A program made the position numbers and the translations under genes. The notes under the pieces were generated by a model. That model did not search any database. It saw only the letters and a list, made by a program, of their open reading frames with translations, and had not been told where the DNA came from. From Octopus bimaculoides (lineage: Eukaryota), in assembly GCF_001194135.2 (NCBI RefSeq), contig NC_069004.1:36106699-36161733 (forward strand): a stretch of 55,035 nucleotides of DNA, written 5' to 3'. Below, piece by piece: positions 23,197-36,264 of the stretch (positions within the stretch are counted from its first letter, which is position 1; the number at the start of each line of letters is the position of its first letter).

Positions 23197-26100
23197 GTAT
23201 GTCAAACTTTTTTTACTGGTTTAGGTTTTTTAGTTTCTATTTCAATTAATACAGGCAGGTGTGCTGTTGAGAGCATCCTGTGTTTGCTGCATTCTTAGGT
23301 TAGTGAAAGGAAGGTAAATAGTCATGTGATGTTGGTGGAGGTGAATCCTCATCACTGGTTGGTTGTCGTCAGTGATACATGGATACTAACAAGAAGATGA
23401 CCATGGCTCTTTTACAGTCGGTGACAGGTAACCAGTTCTAGGTGATTCTGTCAGGTGTAGTTAATCCCAGCACATTTGCTGTCACTAGAAGTTAACTGGT
23501 TCAACATCTGATCCAAGCAGATTATAGATCTTTGGAAAATTTTCTCTCTTATCTCCTTTCCCATTACCTTACCATTCTATTGCACTCACAGGCTCTTTAC
23601 TATGATGGACATACTGCCTTTGCAATGGTTTTGACTCCCATTTAGTGCACAGTTTCCATTGACCTTCATTTTTTGCCAATATTTTGCAGCCTTGAATGTA
23701 GAATCACTATAATTTACAAAGTTTGCAATATGTTTTCCCAATTCTTCTTGAAACTTCCTTGTTACTGAATGCAGCATTTTCTTCCTTTCATGTTTCGCAC
23801 AATTTTCAGCATCCAGTCGTCTGTAGTTTTAAGGTATTGTTTGAGACCAATGGTTGATATTTTGCATGACAGGCTAAGCTGGAGCAGTCCTCTACCTCCA
23901 CTTTATTTAGGGAAATAGTGGTAATCCACATCTGCTTTTCAGAAGTTCAGAAGTTTCTTGATTTTGGTGTCCCTTTTTCTTATTTCATTAATGTTTCAAT
24001 TTACAATGTTGCACATGAAGGTGACAACTGGGATTGCAAGAGTGTTTATAGCAGATATTTTATTTTTTTGAGTTGAACTCTGTTTTCAAGACAATGCATA
24101 CTCTCTGATAGCATTCCTTCTTGGTTTTCTCTTTCATGCTGGTGTGATGACTACCTTGGCATTCATTGACTCCTAAATACCTGTACGTTTGTTCCTATTC
24201 CAATTCCTTAACGTATCCACATCTATTTCCTTTGAATTTCTGTCTTTCTTGAATGTTGCTTTCATGCATTTTCCTAGTACAAATTCCATCCTTGCATCAT
24301 CCACTGAATACCTTAACTCCCTTCCACAGTCCTGCCAATGTGCTCTCGTTTTTGGCAAACACTTTCAAGTCATCCACATAAAACACGATGGTTTATAGTT
24401 TCACTCTGTTTTGAAGCCATGTTTCATTTTGTTAAATCCTGACGTCAGAAGCAAGGCAAAATAAAAGAGGAGAAAATGGATCACCTTGAAAAATAGTGAA
24501 GTTAATGCTTATGCTGCTGGAATTCAGAATTCCATAAGTGTGGTGCAACAATGTTAGAATTGTATTCCATTCAGACATGTTGTATTTCAAGAAGTTTGAT
24601 ATCACTAGAGAAAATTTCCTGGAAATCCAAAGTTTTCAAAATCCATGAGTGAGGAACATTGTTAAACACTTTAGGCAGTTTTTAGAGGCTGGATTGGTGA
24701 AAAGCAGAGTGGCACCTGTCCAGTGGTCAAAGTAAATGGTCCCTTATTGGAGCCATTTGGCATCACATGCTCGGTCCACCAGGGCTGCCTACTGTTGCCT
24801 CTTCTGTACGTATTGGCACTTGAGCCACTACTGTGGAAGTTGGAACAGCTAAGGGGCTTCCCTTTCGAGCTGGGACAAAGAAGGGCAATGTCAGCTTATG
24901 TGGACAATGCCTTGGAAGTGGAGATGGTCGCTCCTATTCTAAAGGAATATAAATCTACGCCAACAAATTGATGGGTTTGTGGTTGGGCTCCTGGAGAGGC
25001 AGGATGATGTCATCAGATGGCATCATTGGATGGTGGACTGATGGACTAGTTAAACTGCTTGGGGTCTGGTTTGGTCCTGACCTTCAGGTTGATAAGAACT
25101 GGGATGAGGTGGTGAACAGGGTGGCCAGTCTTACCCAGAAATGAGCTAAGAAGAAGCTGTCCATGAAAAGTCAGGCAGAGGTGTTGAATACCTACGTTCC
25201 CTCCATTATCATTTATTATCTGACCATCATGCCTTGTCCTAGTTACTGCTTGACCAGGCTGGAGAGTTTCTTATTTGAATTCTTGTGGAAGGGACGTATT
25301 CCAATGGTCAGGTGGTCACTCTGTTGCCAGCATTCTGTGAACAGCAGATTATGTCTACTGTGGCTCTTAATGTTCAGACATGCTCTCAGGTTACACCACC
25401 TGCAACAATTTTTGGATGGTGAGCATGCGTGGGCTCCATTTGTGAGGCTTGTCTTTCTGCAGCTCGTCTCCTTGATGGAGCTGCAGTCCTGGGTGAAGAA
25501 AAGACCAAGACCGAGTGCCTGTCACCTAGAAGGTCGTCAGGCACTCACAACCCTCTACTAGATGAGTAACAGAATCAGTGGATGTTCCGCTTTAGAAATT
25601 CATAGAGGATTAATGGCGAGGAAGTGTGACAACGTTCTTGGGGAAACTCTGGAGACTGACAAAAATGAACTAGCTAGTCTGTTCTGGACGATTTTCCAGT
25701 CAGGAACTGTCATAGATAATTTCCAAATGTCCTTGGCCCGGCAGTGCTACCAGAGGGTGCTACAGGTTTGAGATAAGCTCTACAAGCATGGATGTGCTGT
25801 CAGATGTGATGAAATCATTCTGCACACATTCTTTCAGTGTTCGGGCATTGCTGACTTGTGGGTTTATGTCGAACAGTTGCTGTCACTTGTGGGGTGAATC
25901 CATCTGTCGGTTGAGTCTGTAGTGATGATTGCTCTGCTGCCCTCCTTTAGTTGGGCAAGCAAGGCAGTTTTCCTTTGCCTGGTGGCAGTGGTGAAAGGCT
26001 GAAAGGCTGAAAGGCATGAGGACAGATACTTTCCTCTTTGGTAGAGCTCTTATTCACTTCTTCAAGTTTCATTTGAAATGGAAACTGAGAGTGGAGAGGG

Positions 26101-29100
26101 AAGTGTTGTTCTTGAGTGGGTAAAAGTTGCCAAAATGGCAAGAGTGGAGGGTACCTCTGTAAGTGTAGACCTGTACATTGGAGAGAAGGAATTATAGAGA
26201 GCACTTGCTCTTGGTGTTCAGGGAGATCTCAGAGAATGGGGTTCCTCAATTATCCGTAGTGGTCTTCCTGTATCATCCTTGCCCTGTTTTTTTTTAAACC
26301 TTTAGATACTATGTTATATGTCCATTCTTTTTCAGTGTATACCATGTATACTACCCTTTGTTTTTAATAATCATTCCATTATATGTAAACCTCAATACTT
26401 TATGTCTGTCTTTGTATTGTCCCCCTCGTCCTTCACCCCTGTGGCAAATAAATAAATGCATTATTATTTTTATCATTATTATTATTAAATATTGTTTGAA
26501 ATGTGTCATTTCAGTTACAATAAACGGGACGGCAGGAAAATTTTTCCGAGGATTTGTTATAGCGGCTCGAACAGATAACAGCAATGTGAATTATGGCACT
26601 TTCACAGCTGTGCAGCGCACAAAATCAGTCAACAATTGTTTGGTAAGATTCTAACATTTTCCAGTAATCTCCAAACTTTGGATGCAAAGACTAAAAACAT
26701 AAAATCATGCGACGTGTAAATCAACGAAAGTGTTGTGTTATGTTCCCAACCATATAAACAAGGGTTAGGGCAGTGCAGCTGCACTTGGTTCATAACCCTT
26801 TTGTTTTACCCACAATTTTGGGCATGTGGTTGGTAAGAAAGCTACTTACCCCACAGCCACTCCTGCGCCTATATATANNNNNNNNNNNNNNNNNNNNNNN
26901 NNNNNNNNNNNNNNNNNNNNNNNNNNNNNNNNNNNNNNNNNNNNNNNNNNNNNNNNNNNNNNNNNNNNNNNNNNNNNGGGGCCATACACGTCTTTCAGGC
27001 CGGCAAAGAACTTCTTGGAGTTGTGCTTGTCTGCATTCTATTGTAGTTCTGCAGCCTTGTTTTCCCACCACTTGTCTTTCATCTGTCGCAGTTCAGTCTG
27101 TACCTTTCCTCTGATGTTCTTGAGGCGGTCGTGCTTGGCTTGAGAGTCTTTGTCGTTGAGCCAGGCTGTGAAGGCTTCTTTCTTCTGCTGGAGGAGGGTG
27201 GTGGTCTCCTTGTTGTTGTCAAACCAGTCTTGGTGTTTCCGTTTTGTGTGGCCAAGGGTAAGGCTGGCAGAGTCATGCACTGCATCCCGGAAGTTCGCCC
27301 AGGCCTTCTCAAGGTTTCCCTCTTCTGGCAGATGTTCAAGCTGGTTCGCAAGGTTGGCATTGAGAGTCACTTTTGTTTTTGGTTCATTGAGTTTCTGGAC
27401 GTCCAGTTTCTTTTTAACATCAGCTTTCTGACGTCTGTGTCTGCTGACGATTGAAAAGGACAGCCTGCACCTCAACAACAGGTGATCTGTCCAGCAGTCA
27501 GAACCCCTCATTGCCCTAGTAATGCGAACATCCTGGATGTCACAGCACCTGGTGATCACATAGTCAATCAGGTGTCAATGCTTGGATGTAGGGTGCATGA
27601 AGGTAGCCGTGTGGATGTCAGGCAGTTGGTACAGGGTATTGGTGATGGTGAGTCTCTGTTCAGCACAGAAGGTGAGTAGCAGTTGGCAGTTGGTATTCTT
27701 ATGTCCGATGCCATGTGGCCCGATGACATCTGGCCAAGACTGGGCATCTCTGCCTACACGGGCATTGAAGTCCATGAGTATCAGTAGCTTGTCATCTTTA
27801 GGAACTGACCATAGCACTTTGGTGAGGTTCTGATAGAACAGCTCTCTCTGCCCCAGAGTGTAGGTCGTGGTGGGGGAGTAAGCACTGATGAGTGTCAGGT
27901 GCATCTTGCCTTGGAGAGGAATTCTCATCACCACCAGGCGGTCACTGATTCCTCTTGTGAAGGACTCCAGGTTCTTGACATGGGTGGTGCGAATGGCATT
28001 TTTTCTTTTTTTTTCCCTTTTTGTTTTTTGTTCATTTGTATTTAAATGTTACAATTAAATAAAAAAAACAATTCGATTAAGAAATAAAGAAAGAAAATCA
28101 TGATGAGGTAATACTAGCTACATGATGGTTGCTGGAATGGTCACAGTCAGGGTTGACATTTGCCATTTATCAACTAGATGGCCATCACTGGATTATTCTG
28201 TTAATCTATTTTCTCACTTTTCCAGAAACCCAATTCTGCCCTCACTCATACATCAAAAGAACTAAAAAGCAGTTTATCTTTTAATTGGACATCACCGATA
28301 AATATTCCTTCTGGCCTACATTTCGAGTGAGTAAGCACCATCACCACCACCTTTTATTTTTTTATTGATCTCTCCTTAAAACCTGCTCTTTCTTCGCATT
28401 GTCTCTCCATTTGCTACTTGTTTTATCGATTGGGTGGACAAAAAACACAAATAAAGACGTGTGCGCACACATGCACAAGCATACACATACACACAGAGGA
28501 GCAGATGTGGTTGTGCAGTTGAAAAGTTCACTTTGTAAGCATTGATTTCAGGTTCAATCTCACTGCATGACACCTCAGAGAAAGCTCTACAACTGTAACC
28601 CTGGGCTGGCCTTTGTCTACTGAGTAAATTTGGCAGACAAAATGTTCCAACACCTATCACATGTGTGTGTGTGTGTTTACATTCTGTGGTCACAAGAAAA
28701 TATCCCTGAGTTAGAAATCATGAACTTTGTTGATATTCTATCAACAAATTGTTTCTTAGTTCTGCGCTTTGGAAGACTTCTGGAATGGGAAAAGATCTCC
28801 TACTTGATAAATCGGCTAATGTTAGTGACAGGAATGGTACCCAGCTGTTAAACAATGCCTTGATATGCTTATGTCTAACCTATGTTAACATGGAAAATAA
28901 ATGTAAAATGACAAAACAAATCTGTGTGTATGTGTGTATTTGACTTTTCGAATTAGATGACACACATACATATAGAAACAAACAAACATGCACGCAAACA
29001 CAAACACACACATACATACATACATATAGGATGCATCATTTTTTTGGAGGACTGGCCCTCGTGCCGGTGGCACATAAAAGCAGCCACTACACTCTTGGAG

Positions 29101-29532
29101 TGGTTGGCATTAGGAAGGGCATCCAGCTGTAGAAACTTTGCCAAATCAGATTGGAGCCTGGTGCAGCCTCTGGTTCACCAGTCCTCAGTCAAACCGTCCA
29201 ACCCATGCCAACAATGATGATAATGATGATGATGATCATCATCATCGTTTAACGTCCGCTTTCCATGCTAGCATGGGTTGGACGATTTTACTGAGGACTG
29301 GTGAAACCAGATGGCTACACCAGGCTCCAGTCTAATTTGGCAGAGTTTCTACAGCTGGATGCCCTTCCTAACGCCAACCACTCAGTTTTGGCTGCTATAT
29401 CTAGCATGGTGGTGTCTTATAGATGCCCTTAATTATAATTTGAATAATAATTATTACCTATGAGTGTTTTTATTCCCATGCTAGCCTCCTGATATGATCG
29501 GTATTTTAAATAACGATCTTATCCTTATTTAC

Positions 29533-29579
<47 letters not shown>

Positions 29580-32500
29580 CCAACAATAACCACAGCAGCA
29601 GCATATGATGACATATCTTCCAAGAGCTCTAACTTTCTTGTTACTTATCTTTTTGGCCTTAGTTGTCAGATGATGTCAGACATGAGGTTGACTCTTCAAA
29701 TCAAAAGGCACATCTGTAATCATTGCCCTAAAAGCACAACATAGTCATACAGAGATGGTTTACTCTTTGAAAGTTGCCCAATCTTTTGTTGTCATAGATC
29801 GGAAGGAACTGGAAGCTGCTGATAGGTTAGGGTTAGGGTGAATGAAGGAGGAGTTAGCAACCCTCAGATAACCTGAAGCATTTTACATGCGTACGTATAT
29901 ATATATATGTGTGTGTGTGTGTATCTGTATGTACACACACACACACATACATACATATCTATCTTACCTGTAGTATATATTTTTTACTTTAGATTTTGTA
30001 TGGAACTGATTTCTTCTAAATCATTTTGCCCCCTGTTATCTTTTGTCTTTTCAGTTCCTCAGTTGTTGAATCGTATTCCGTTTTCTGGACCAATCTGAGA
30101 ACCCCTCTTACAACAACTCCTTCTGTAACTACTGTAAGTATTCTGTTTTTCTTTCTTATTTTGTTGTATTTTATTCCTTGACTTTTGAATGGATGAAGTA
30201 AGACAATATTTCTCAGCGCCTCCCCACTGACCCACCCCACTTCACTTATCATGTCAGTAGGGATCAACATCAAACTTGCCAGCGTATTTAATGACATTAA
30301 AATGGTAGGGACAAAGGTTATTGTTTACCGTATCTTTATGTTTTAACCACAATGATTCAATCTGATTGATTTCTGATCATCATTAACTGATTGATTTTGT
30401 TGAGGTTTGGCACTTTTAGTTTACTAGCTGCATGTATGTGTGTGTGTGCGCACACGTGTGTGTGTTTGTACATGTGTATTCATATATATATATATCTATG
30501 CATGTATGTATATGTGTGTGTGTGTGTGTGTGAAGGTATATATGTAAATGTGTGAATGTATGCATTTATCTATATATCCATGCATGCATTAATGCATGTG
30601 TATATCTATTCATGTCTCAATGCATATATGTAGGTATGAATGTATGTGTGTAGGTTTCTTTATTTCATTTTTGTTTTCAGTCCTTTGAAATCTGAGTATC
30701 AGAATTAGTTTTTAACCCAGAAATAAATCTTAATCAAAGAAATTTAGAGAAGAACAACTATAAAGATGTTAAATTTTAGATTTTAGAAAAGTCTTCCATA
30801 TTTTCATTGTTCCATTGAGAGAATCAATCGACAAAATCTAAAAGTATTGTTTTTATCTTTGTTTTTCCTGAAAATCTAAGTTTTCAAGTTTGACTTGAAT
30901 TAACGAGTCATTATTTAATAATCAATGATTAAAATATCAATTTATAATCAACAAACTGTCGGTTTTGATGCAGTCATTTAATAAATGTTCTCAATTGTTT
31001 ATTTTTCATAAATTATTTCCCTCTTTGGGGCACCTGACTCTTACAACTCTTCATGGTTTATGCTTGCTAACCAAAGGATATGCCAGTAACTCCCACCAGT
31101 GTTCCCGGAAAAATCAGTGTTAGAACTCTAATTTTCTTTTTTATTTTATTTCATTTAATTTTATTTATTATTTTTTTTTTAAATTTGAATGAATTAATTT
31201 AGGTCTTCCAATTAAAATATTTCTAAAAGTCTTTTATTTAAAGTATGACAACAACATTACCACTCGTTGTTTAGTGATTTTGGGAGGAGTACATATGTAA
31301 AGAGACACTAACATGTACATGTGCATCTGCACACACATGCACACAGACACGTATACACACACACACGCACACACATGCACACAGACACGTATACACACAC
31401 ACACGCACACACATACATATGGCTGGTATCTTTCCGCTCCTGTTTGCCAAACCCATTCACAAGGCTTACGTTGACCTGAAAGTATATTATGAGACATTTG
31501 CCCCAAGTACTGTGTGTTGAGATTGAACTTGAAGCTCTGTGGTGAGGAAGTACTCTTCTTAACCAAACAGCCATGCTTGTGCCTCTTCAGATTTTGGCAG
31601 AGCAGTGTAGGATTGCTGATGCCTGAAAGACAAACAGATCACTCCAAGAGAGGAAATAACATAAACAGCAAAGATCTACTGAACTGGATTTGAACTCAGA
31701 ATAGAAAGGCATGTAGCTTGATAGTAGAATGCATTTGTAAGCATTACTCTGCCTCTTCTTGCAGTCATCTTGCTTTGTTACCTGGTTTTAGAATAAGGTA
31801 CAGCATATGTCTGTGTGTGATAAGAGGGGACTAAATAGGTTGGCAATAGGAAGGGCATTTAGCTGTAAAATCACCATCAAAACCACCTCCACCACCACCT
31901 CCACCACCACCACCACTACCACCACCACTACCACCACCACTGCTGCCATGGCTGGTATAGGTGGGGTGGTGGTCTGCCCTTAACCAGTAATCCTATTATC
32001 AAAAATGTTCCATCTGTAACCATCCCATTTTATCTCTCACTTTTTTTTTGACATAATATACCTAAGACTATAATATTCAATGTATCATTTTTTCAAGATG
32101 GGAGGGTATGATTTCGAGAGAGACTGACTGCTATTCTTAGCTGATTAAACAGCAACATAGAAGCCATTCCATTTTTGTTGTTGTTTTTGTTGTAGATAAT
32201 AATTTTTTTTTATATATGTGTGTAGTTTTGTTAATGAAACTAATTGTTCTATCTCACATCATTTTAATTTGTTCTCCTCTTGTGAAGAATACATGGAAAT
32301 GCAGTGAAAACTTTGAGTGCCAAATTTCTTGGATAATGGATAAGGCCTCCAAAACCACAAATTTTGAGTTCAACTTTGAAGTTACAACTGATCGATCTTA
32401 TATTGCACTTGGCCTCTCAGAAGATACTGATATGGTTTGTACATGACAAAAGCTTTATTTCACTTTTTATTTTCATGTTGCAGTGTTTATTTTTCTCCAA

Positions 32501-35500
32501 CTTCTCAAACTAAGACTGATGCCCCAGTATGGTCCTAACATTGATTGCTAAGTAATGTTAAAGGAAAAACAAAAGAAAATAAACAAATATGTTAATTGTT
32601 GCTTCAAGCTGGTTAGCCTTAACTGTTATAGCTAGAACAAGCTTGAGGAAATCAATTAAAAAATACAATAAGGCTTTTCTAACATTATTATGTGAAACAA
32701 TCATTGAAACCAGAAAAGAGGCTCATTTTTGCTTTTGCAATGTCTCTTGATTTGTTTGTTAAATTAAAAGCAAAAACCAAAAAAAAACAAAAAACAATCT
32801 AAGGGCAGAGTTTTGTTCATAAACATTATTTCCTTTGTGAAACACACTGTCACCTCAGTCATACTGAAAATCTTAGTTATGTAGTGATGCCTGGTTCCAG
32901 TCGCCATTTTGGGATTTTCATCCACACATGCGCAGGGATTAGAGCCTTCCGGAAGGCCTGCCANNNNNNNNNNNNNNNNNNNNNNNNNNNNNNNNNNNNN
33001 NNNNNNNNNNNNNNNNNNNNNNNNNNNNNNNNNNNNNNNNNNNNNNNNNNNNNNNNNNNNNNNNNNNNNNNNNNNNNNNNNNNNNNNNNNNNNNNNNNNN
33101 NNNNNNNNNNNNNNNNNNNNNNNNNNNNNNNNNNNNNNNNNNNNNNNNNNNNNNNNNNNNNNNNNNNNNNNNNNNNNNNNNNNNNNNNNNNNNNNNNNNN
33201 NNNNNNNNNNNNNNNNNNNNNNNNNNNNNNNNNNNNNNNNNNNNNNNNNNNNNNNNNNNNNNNNNNNNNNNNNNNNNNNNNNNNNNNNNNNNNNNNNNNN
33301 NNNNNNNNNNNNNNNNNNNNCAAGTTCTTTGGTCACCTCTCTGATGCTGATGCCATGTAAAAACACCCGGTCCACATACTGCAAAGTGGTTGGCATGTTA
33401 GGAAGGGCATCCAGCCATAGAAACCTTGCCAAATCAGATGACTGGAGCCCAATTCAGCCTTCTGGCTTGCCAACTTCTGTCAAACCATCCAACCCATGAC
33501 AACATGGAAGGTGAATGTTAAAAGATGATGATGAGATATACATAATGTGTGTGGATTAGTGGCAAGAGCATCGAGTTCTCAATCATGAAGTCATGAGTTC
33601 GATTCTGAGACTGGGCTGTGTGTTGTGCTCTTGAGCAAGTCACTTTATTTCACATTGCTCCAGTTCACTCAGTTGTAGAAATGAGTTGCAACATCATCAC
33701 TGGTGCCAAGCCATATCGGCCCCTTTGCTTTTCTCTTGAATAACATCAGTGGCATGGAGAAGGGAGGGCGACTGCTGGTCTTCCATAAAACATCCTTGTC
33801 CAGACTTGTGCCTCAGAGAGTAACTTTCTAGGTGCAATCCCATGGTCAGTCATGACCGAAGGGGGTTTTCACTTTTACCATTTACATTGGATCCATTATA
33901 GGTTCTTTTAATCTTACCCAGGTTGTTAATGCCTCCAGAGAATCAATATCCAACAGTTCAGTACAAACTATAACAAGCTGTACACAAACCACACTGACAC
34001 ACCTACACAATTCACCTGTATACATGCAAGGTGTGTGGTTTGTTATCGCCCATTGCACACTTCACTGCATCCAATACCCCCCCCCCCCCCACACACACAC
34101 ACACTCACACATACACAGACTTGTTGCCACTCCATAGAAAAGCATCTCAGCCATATAGCACTGTGTAACACTACTACTACATATTGTCTTGTCTGTTCTG
34201 CTTGACACCATTATCATTATCTTCATCATTATCTTAATATTGTTGTTTCCAGGGGAGCGACAGTGTGATGGAATGTTTGTATCATAACGGTAATGTTAAG
34301 GGACAATATTCTTACAACGAAAGAATAGATAATTCTAAGGTAAGAGAAACTTCTCATTTCTTCTCTCAAATTTGGTTTAAAATCTTCATTTACATCAGCA
34401 CTAAAATCTACACACACACCCACACGTATACCACAGATCCACCCCCAAAGTAGAAAACCAACCAATATCAATGTAAGTATTCTCCACAAACATTTTCCAC
34501 TTTACTAGAATGAAAGACAACTCAGAATAATGAGACTGAGACATAGAAAAATTCACAAACAAGTGTAATGAATATGCATTCCCACCATCAGTTGCCAAAC
34601 AGATATCATTATGATTTTGACACCTGAGCAGTACCATTCAATCAGGCTGTCGACAGTGTTAAAAACATAATGAGTGCCTGGGAATCAGTTGAAATCCATG
34701 GGAGCAAAACATTAGCATAACATACCATTACACCTATGCTTGCTTTTCATTACAAGTAACGGCATCAAATTAAACAATTAGTACTAACTTATAGTTACCA
34801 AATAGTTCTTATAAAACAGAGAACTAACTCTCCCCACAATATATTTTGATTCTAAGATACAAAGAAACAAGCAAAGTAAACCTAATAAAGAAAAAGTTAT
34901 TAAACCACCTATACTCAACTTAAGACCAACCCTATGAACTGCAAACCAGGAACTTAAAACCCATCGACTATACAATGGACATAGATTACTAGATACTTAG
35001 TTTCTCAATCTATATTGTATCACAAACACGAAACCACACAAAAAACGAGCCTAATAAAAACTAGTGGATCCAACGTCATCAAGCAATGTATAAGAGAAAG
35101 ACAAGCATTAATTAACATCTATATATAAAATATATATTCAATGTCACGAAATAAATTAACTGAATAAACTACTAACTAAAATTAAAATAAAAAGTAAAAA
35201 TACAATGAAGATAAATTTGAATTTATATCTAAAAATATATAAAAGACCTTTCAAGACCCGTCAAGCCAAGTGAAATTGTAGTTGTGGCCAGTGTCGCATA
35301 ATTGACACCCATACCAGTGGCAAGTAAAAAACACCATCCGAACATTGGGCCTAGTGGAGGCAGTGACAAGTGACCAAGACCTTTGGTGATATACCTGTCA
35401 AGGTAGTCGTGGCCAATGCTGGTGTTACATAGCTGGCACCTGTGCTGGCTGCACATAGAAAGCACCCACTACATTCTTGGAGTGGTTGGCACATCAGGAA

Positions 35501-36226
35501 GGACACCCAGCTGAAGAAACCATGCCAAATCAGATTGGAACCTGGTGCAGCTCCTCCGGTTTACCAGTTTTCAGTCAGACTGTCTAACCCATGCCAGCAT
35601 GGAAAATGGATGATAAATGAAGACAAGGTAAAAACTACCTAATTAAACAAATTATAACCAAAATTATAGAATAAATATATTTGGCATTTAAATCAACTTA
35701 TACATATAAGAACTGTAACATTTAAAATTACTAAAACAAATAAATTATAGCAAAATTATTCTACAGATCCAAAACTTCACATACTGCTGAGAAAGAAATA
35801 GAAACTATACTTACGTCCTTAAATCATTCCAACCAAAACCCAAAAATCTGTTATTTCTCAACAGGTAGAAGTCAATCCCAACTACCGGATGGAAGTGATG
35901 GTGTACCCAGTTATGAACGACACCAACATTCCACCTTACTCCAGCTAAACAGATTTAACCTTACTCTAAGTAAAAAAAACTAACCCTCCTTACAATTCCT
36001 TGCCTCGCTGAAAACTAGAGATTATTCCATATTTTCTCAAAACTTCACTATGTCTCCCCATGCAACAGTGAAAACATTTAATCGACCTTTCGCTACTGTA
36101 ACCTTGTTTTCTCTGTACATTTTTAACATTGATCCAAAAACATTCCAGCCTCATTTTTATCTACTGAATCTTATAATGTGACTGGAAAACACATTGTAAC
36201 CTATCCAAGGATTAATCTATGATATG

Positions 36227-36264
<38 letters not shown>

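Noticed and set aside
31882-31941. (ACC)n tract as a possible Thr-rich mucin-like linker exon between exons 4 and 5
   Set aside because: The preceding AG lies in a decayed family B repeat with no polypyrimidine tract, and there is no convincing phase-0 donor; a simple microsatellite
34784-34975. Hydrophobic minus-strand ORF in strand-biased DNA, a possible mitochondrial insertion
   Set aside because: I could not match it to any mitochondrial protein motif; the bias is equally explained by a decayed LINE. BLAST against the mitogenome would settle it.
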